The notes under the pieces are model-generated. The model made no database searches. It saw nothing but the letters and a program-made list of their open reading frames with translations, and was not told the DNA's origin. DNA of 64,000 nt. It comes from a virus (taxonomy: Duplodnaviria > Caudoviricetes). Where the stretch lies: positions 40,811-104,810 of IMG/VR virus record IMGVR_UViG_3300028591_000129, one strand, 5' to 3'. A program made the translations under genes and the position numbers. This document shows positions 62,313-64,000 of the stretch, piece by piece. Positions within the stretch are counted from its first letter, which is position 1; each line of letters starts with the position of its first letter.

Positions 62313-63209
62313 TTAATTTTTCTCTCTATTCTGCTTGTTTATACGTCTACTATTTGCATATTTAGCAACTCGGGGGTCTGAAATAGTTAGCCCTTTATTC
62401 CAAGCGATTTGCCCTTTATGTGCTTCGCTTGAGCGTTTTCTCCATTCTTCCGTATGAACTTTCCCTTTATTTGCTCTGCCTATATTTTCCCTATGCTCCT
62501 GCGATAAATGCTTCCCTTTATTACCACATATACCTAACTTTCCAAGTTCCGAAATAAGCTTCTTTGTCTCCTCTGTATGCGGGTGTGTAACTGCGCAGTG
62601 TTTACAACAAAATCTACCCGAACCATATAACTCCGTCATTACATTGCCACACCGCTCACAAGTATGCTTTTCACTAATCCATTTACGCAATGCATTCTCT
62701 TTACGTAAAATAGCTTTTTTCTTTCTTAACTCCGCCCTTAACCTGTATTCGTCAGACTGATAATACTTATGTAAAGACCCACTAATCTTTTCCCCATTGA
62801 AATTAAAATTACCATTAGCTCTCCGTGTTTCCCACGCCTTATATCTACTTGAAGTAGGTAAGTTATGAAAACAAGAAACTTTACCTGTTTTTTCACAGCG
62901 TTTCTTACGGTCTTCTTTTGACAGCATAAAATATGTATCTCCCCCGTCGCCACCGCGAGATATATTATACATTTTTACACCCAAACCACTGTAATAACCT
63001 ATCCAATACACCTCTCGTTCATTTTGCCTTGGTAAATCCTCACAGTACTCTATAACCTCGACTGAAAAATTTTCACTACCATATTTACTTAAGGCATTTC
63101 TCAAATATCTTCCACTTCCCTTATATGTCTCGTCAAAATTACCTTTCTTTTTACCAATATATATTGTGCCATTAAGAATATTCGTAGTCTTATAAATATA
63201 TCCGTACAT
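62313..63209 (-). mobile_element. free-standing GIY-YIG (Seg-like) homing endonuclease with NUMOD3 repeats
   Basis: GYIYKTTN...IYIG, YKGSG, ERE, YNI..GG; HTEETKKLIS, LSQEHRENIG and HTEEWRKRSS repeats; AT-rich. Confidence 0.85.
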
Positions 63210-63273
63210 ACACACACCTATTAACGTCGTCCCAAGTGTGCGGACGATATTTCACTGCTAATGCTTCCGCCAT
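63190..63273 (-). pseudogene. orphaned original dnaX 5' end
   Basis: GGGGG RBS and MAEALAVKYRPHTWDDV, then out-of-frame run into the endonuclease gene. Confidence 0.75.
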
Positions 63274-63296
63274 ATAGCCCCCTGATATATCTAAAT

Positions 63297-63386
63297 TGGC
63301 GCAGATAACAGGACTTGAACCTGTACTACCCATTACAGGTAGGACGGATTAGCAATCCGCTGAGATGCCTATTACTCCATATCTGC
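63297..63386 (-). tRNA. tRNA-Ser(GCT)
   Basis: GCAGATA/TATCTGC acceptor stem, GCGGA-TTGCTAA-TCCGT, long variable arm, TTCAAGT T-loop, CCA. Confidence 0.9.
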
Positions 63387-63397
63387 GTGAAATTAAA

Positions 63398-63503
63398 CGT
63401 CTGTGGGTATGGATTTACACCATACATAGCAGATACCATAACGATAGATATTCTGCCACACCGTCAAGTGGTTTGCACGTCTACTTATTCCGTCACCACA
63501 GGC
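63398..63503 (-). ncRNA. tRNA-like RNA without a canonical anticodon arm
   Basis: acceptor-like GCCTGTGG/CCACAGAC, D-arm-like GACGGAATAAGTAGACGT, T-arm-like GTATGG-TGTAAAT-CCATAC. Confidence 0.5.
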
Positions 63504-63517
63504 ATTTAACTGTGTTC

Positions 63518-63787
63518 TCACTTCTTATTTGCGAGTATGTCGAACTCCTTGTGATAGATATACTTCGTAAATGTACAAGTATTACCATAGCGGTCTTTCT
63601 CTGTCACGTCCTTACTCTCTACTGAAGCTCTGCCGTGAGCCTTTCTGAAGCGTAAGATAATGTCTGACAGCCTTGTTGCACCGAACTTCTGAATAGCCTG
63701 CCACGAAGTAATACTGCCATACCTCATAAGATACTTCGTTACTTCACTTGTCTTTGTCTTCTTTTCTGTCTTGCCCTTTGTTGCCAT
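63518..63787 (-). CDS. winged-helix DNA-binding protein
   Basis: YLMRYGSITSWQAIQKFGATRLSDIILRFR. Confidence 0.6.
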   Translation of the reverse strand: MATKGKTEKKTKTSEVTKYLMRYGSITSWQAIQKFGATRLSDIILRFRKAHGRASVESKDVTEKDRYGNTCTFTKYIYHKEFDILANKK

Positions 63788-64000
63788 TACATTTCCCCCT
63801 TGTCTTACTCAATATTCAGCCTTACGCCGAATTTTGTCTTGCTCAACGGCTCTACCATACAAATGTCTTTATCAAGAATCCCATTATGATATGCCTTGAT
63901 AGCGTTCTTGTCTCCGTCGTAGAGAAACACGCCACGCTTATTCGTGACCTTAACAGTCTCCCCGCCGATACAACCTAAAAGTGTCTCTAATTTCATTTGG

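Noticed and set aside
3-63978. Numerous + strand ORFs in the ORF track
   Set aside because: They overlap well-supported minus-strand genes and lack RBSs and recognisable motifs; treated as antisense shadows.

Overview
This window is a 64-kb segment of a large tailed dsDNA phage, most likely infecting a Firmicutes/Clostridia-type host (sigmaA-like TTGACA/TATAAT promoters, strong GGAG ribosome-binding sites, standard genetic code). Essentially all genes are on the minus strand; the + strand ORFs look like shadows. (1) 0.6-5.6 kb: four ADP-ribosyltransferase (ART) genes and one JAB/MPN-like gene, all starting MGS[S/T/R]G. Each is followed by a tiny Lys-rich peptide whose family matches the class of the upstream enzyme. 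This candidate effector/cognate-inhibitor array is the best candidate for an undescribed system. (2) 5.6-7.4 kb: a DUF2828/TROVE-vWA-like gene preceded by two ACAGCAA stem-loops. (3) 7.9-20.1 kb: an FtsK-like ATPase, then about 12 kb of small promoter-ORF(s)-terminator cassettes carrying four recurrent motifs (oriented AGCTACAC, AAACTCATA leader, phased TGTAAC repeats, an 18-bp palindrome). (4) Replication/recombination genes: family-A polymerase broken into three reading frames, SSB, primase, beta clamp, holA/holB, split dnaX, RecU, Cas4-like nuclease; also a PARG-like hydrolase. (5) Terminase small and large subunits, the large one with a mini-intein. (6) Candidate DNA-modification genes. 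(7) A shuffled zinc-ribbon gene region. (8) tRNA-Gln, tRNA-Ser, a tRNA-like RNA, and a GIY-YIG endonuclease that has replaced the dnaX 5' end. All functional calls come from motif recognition by eye; no database search was run.
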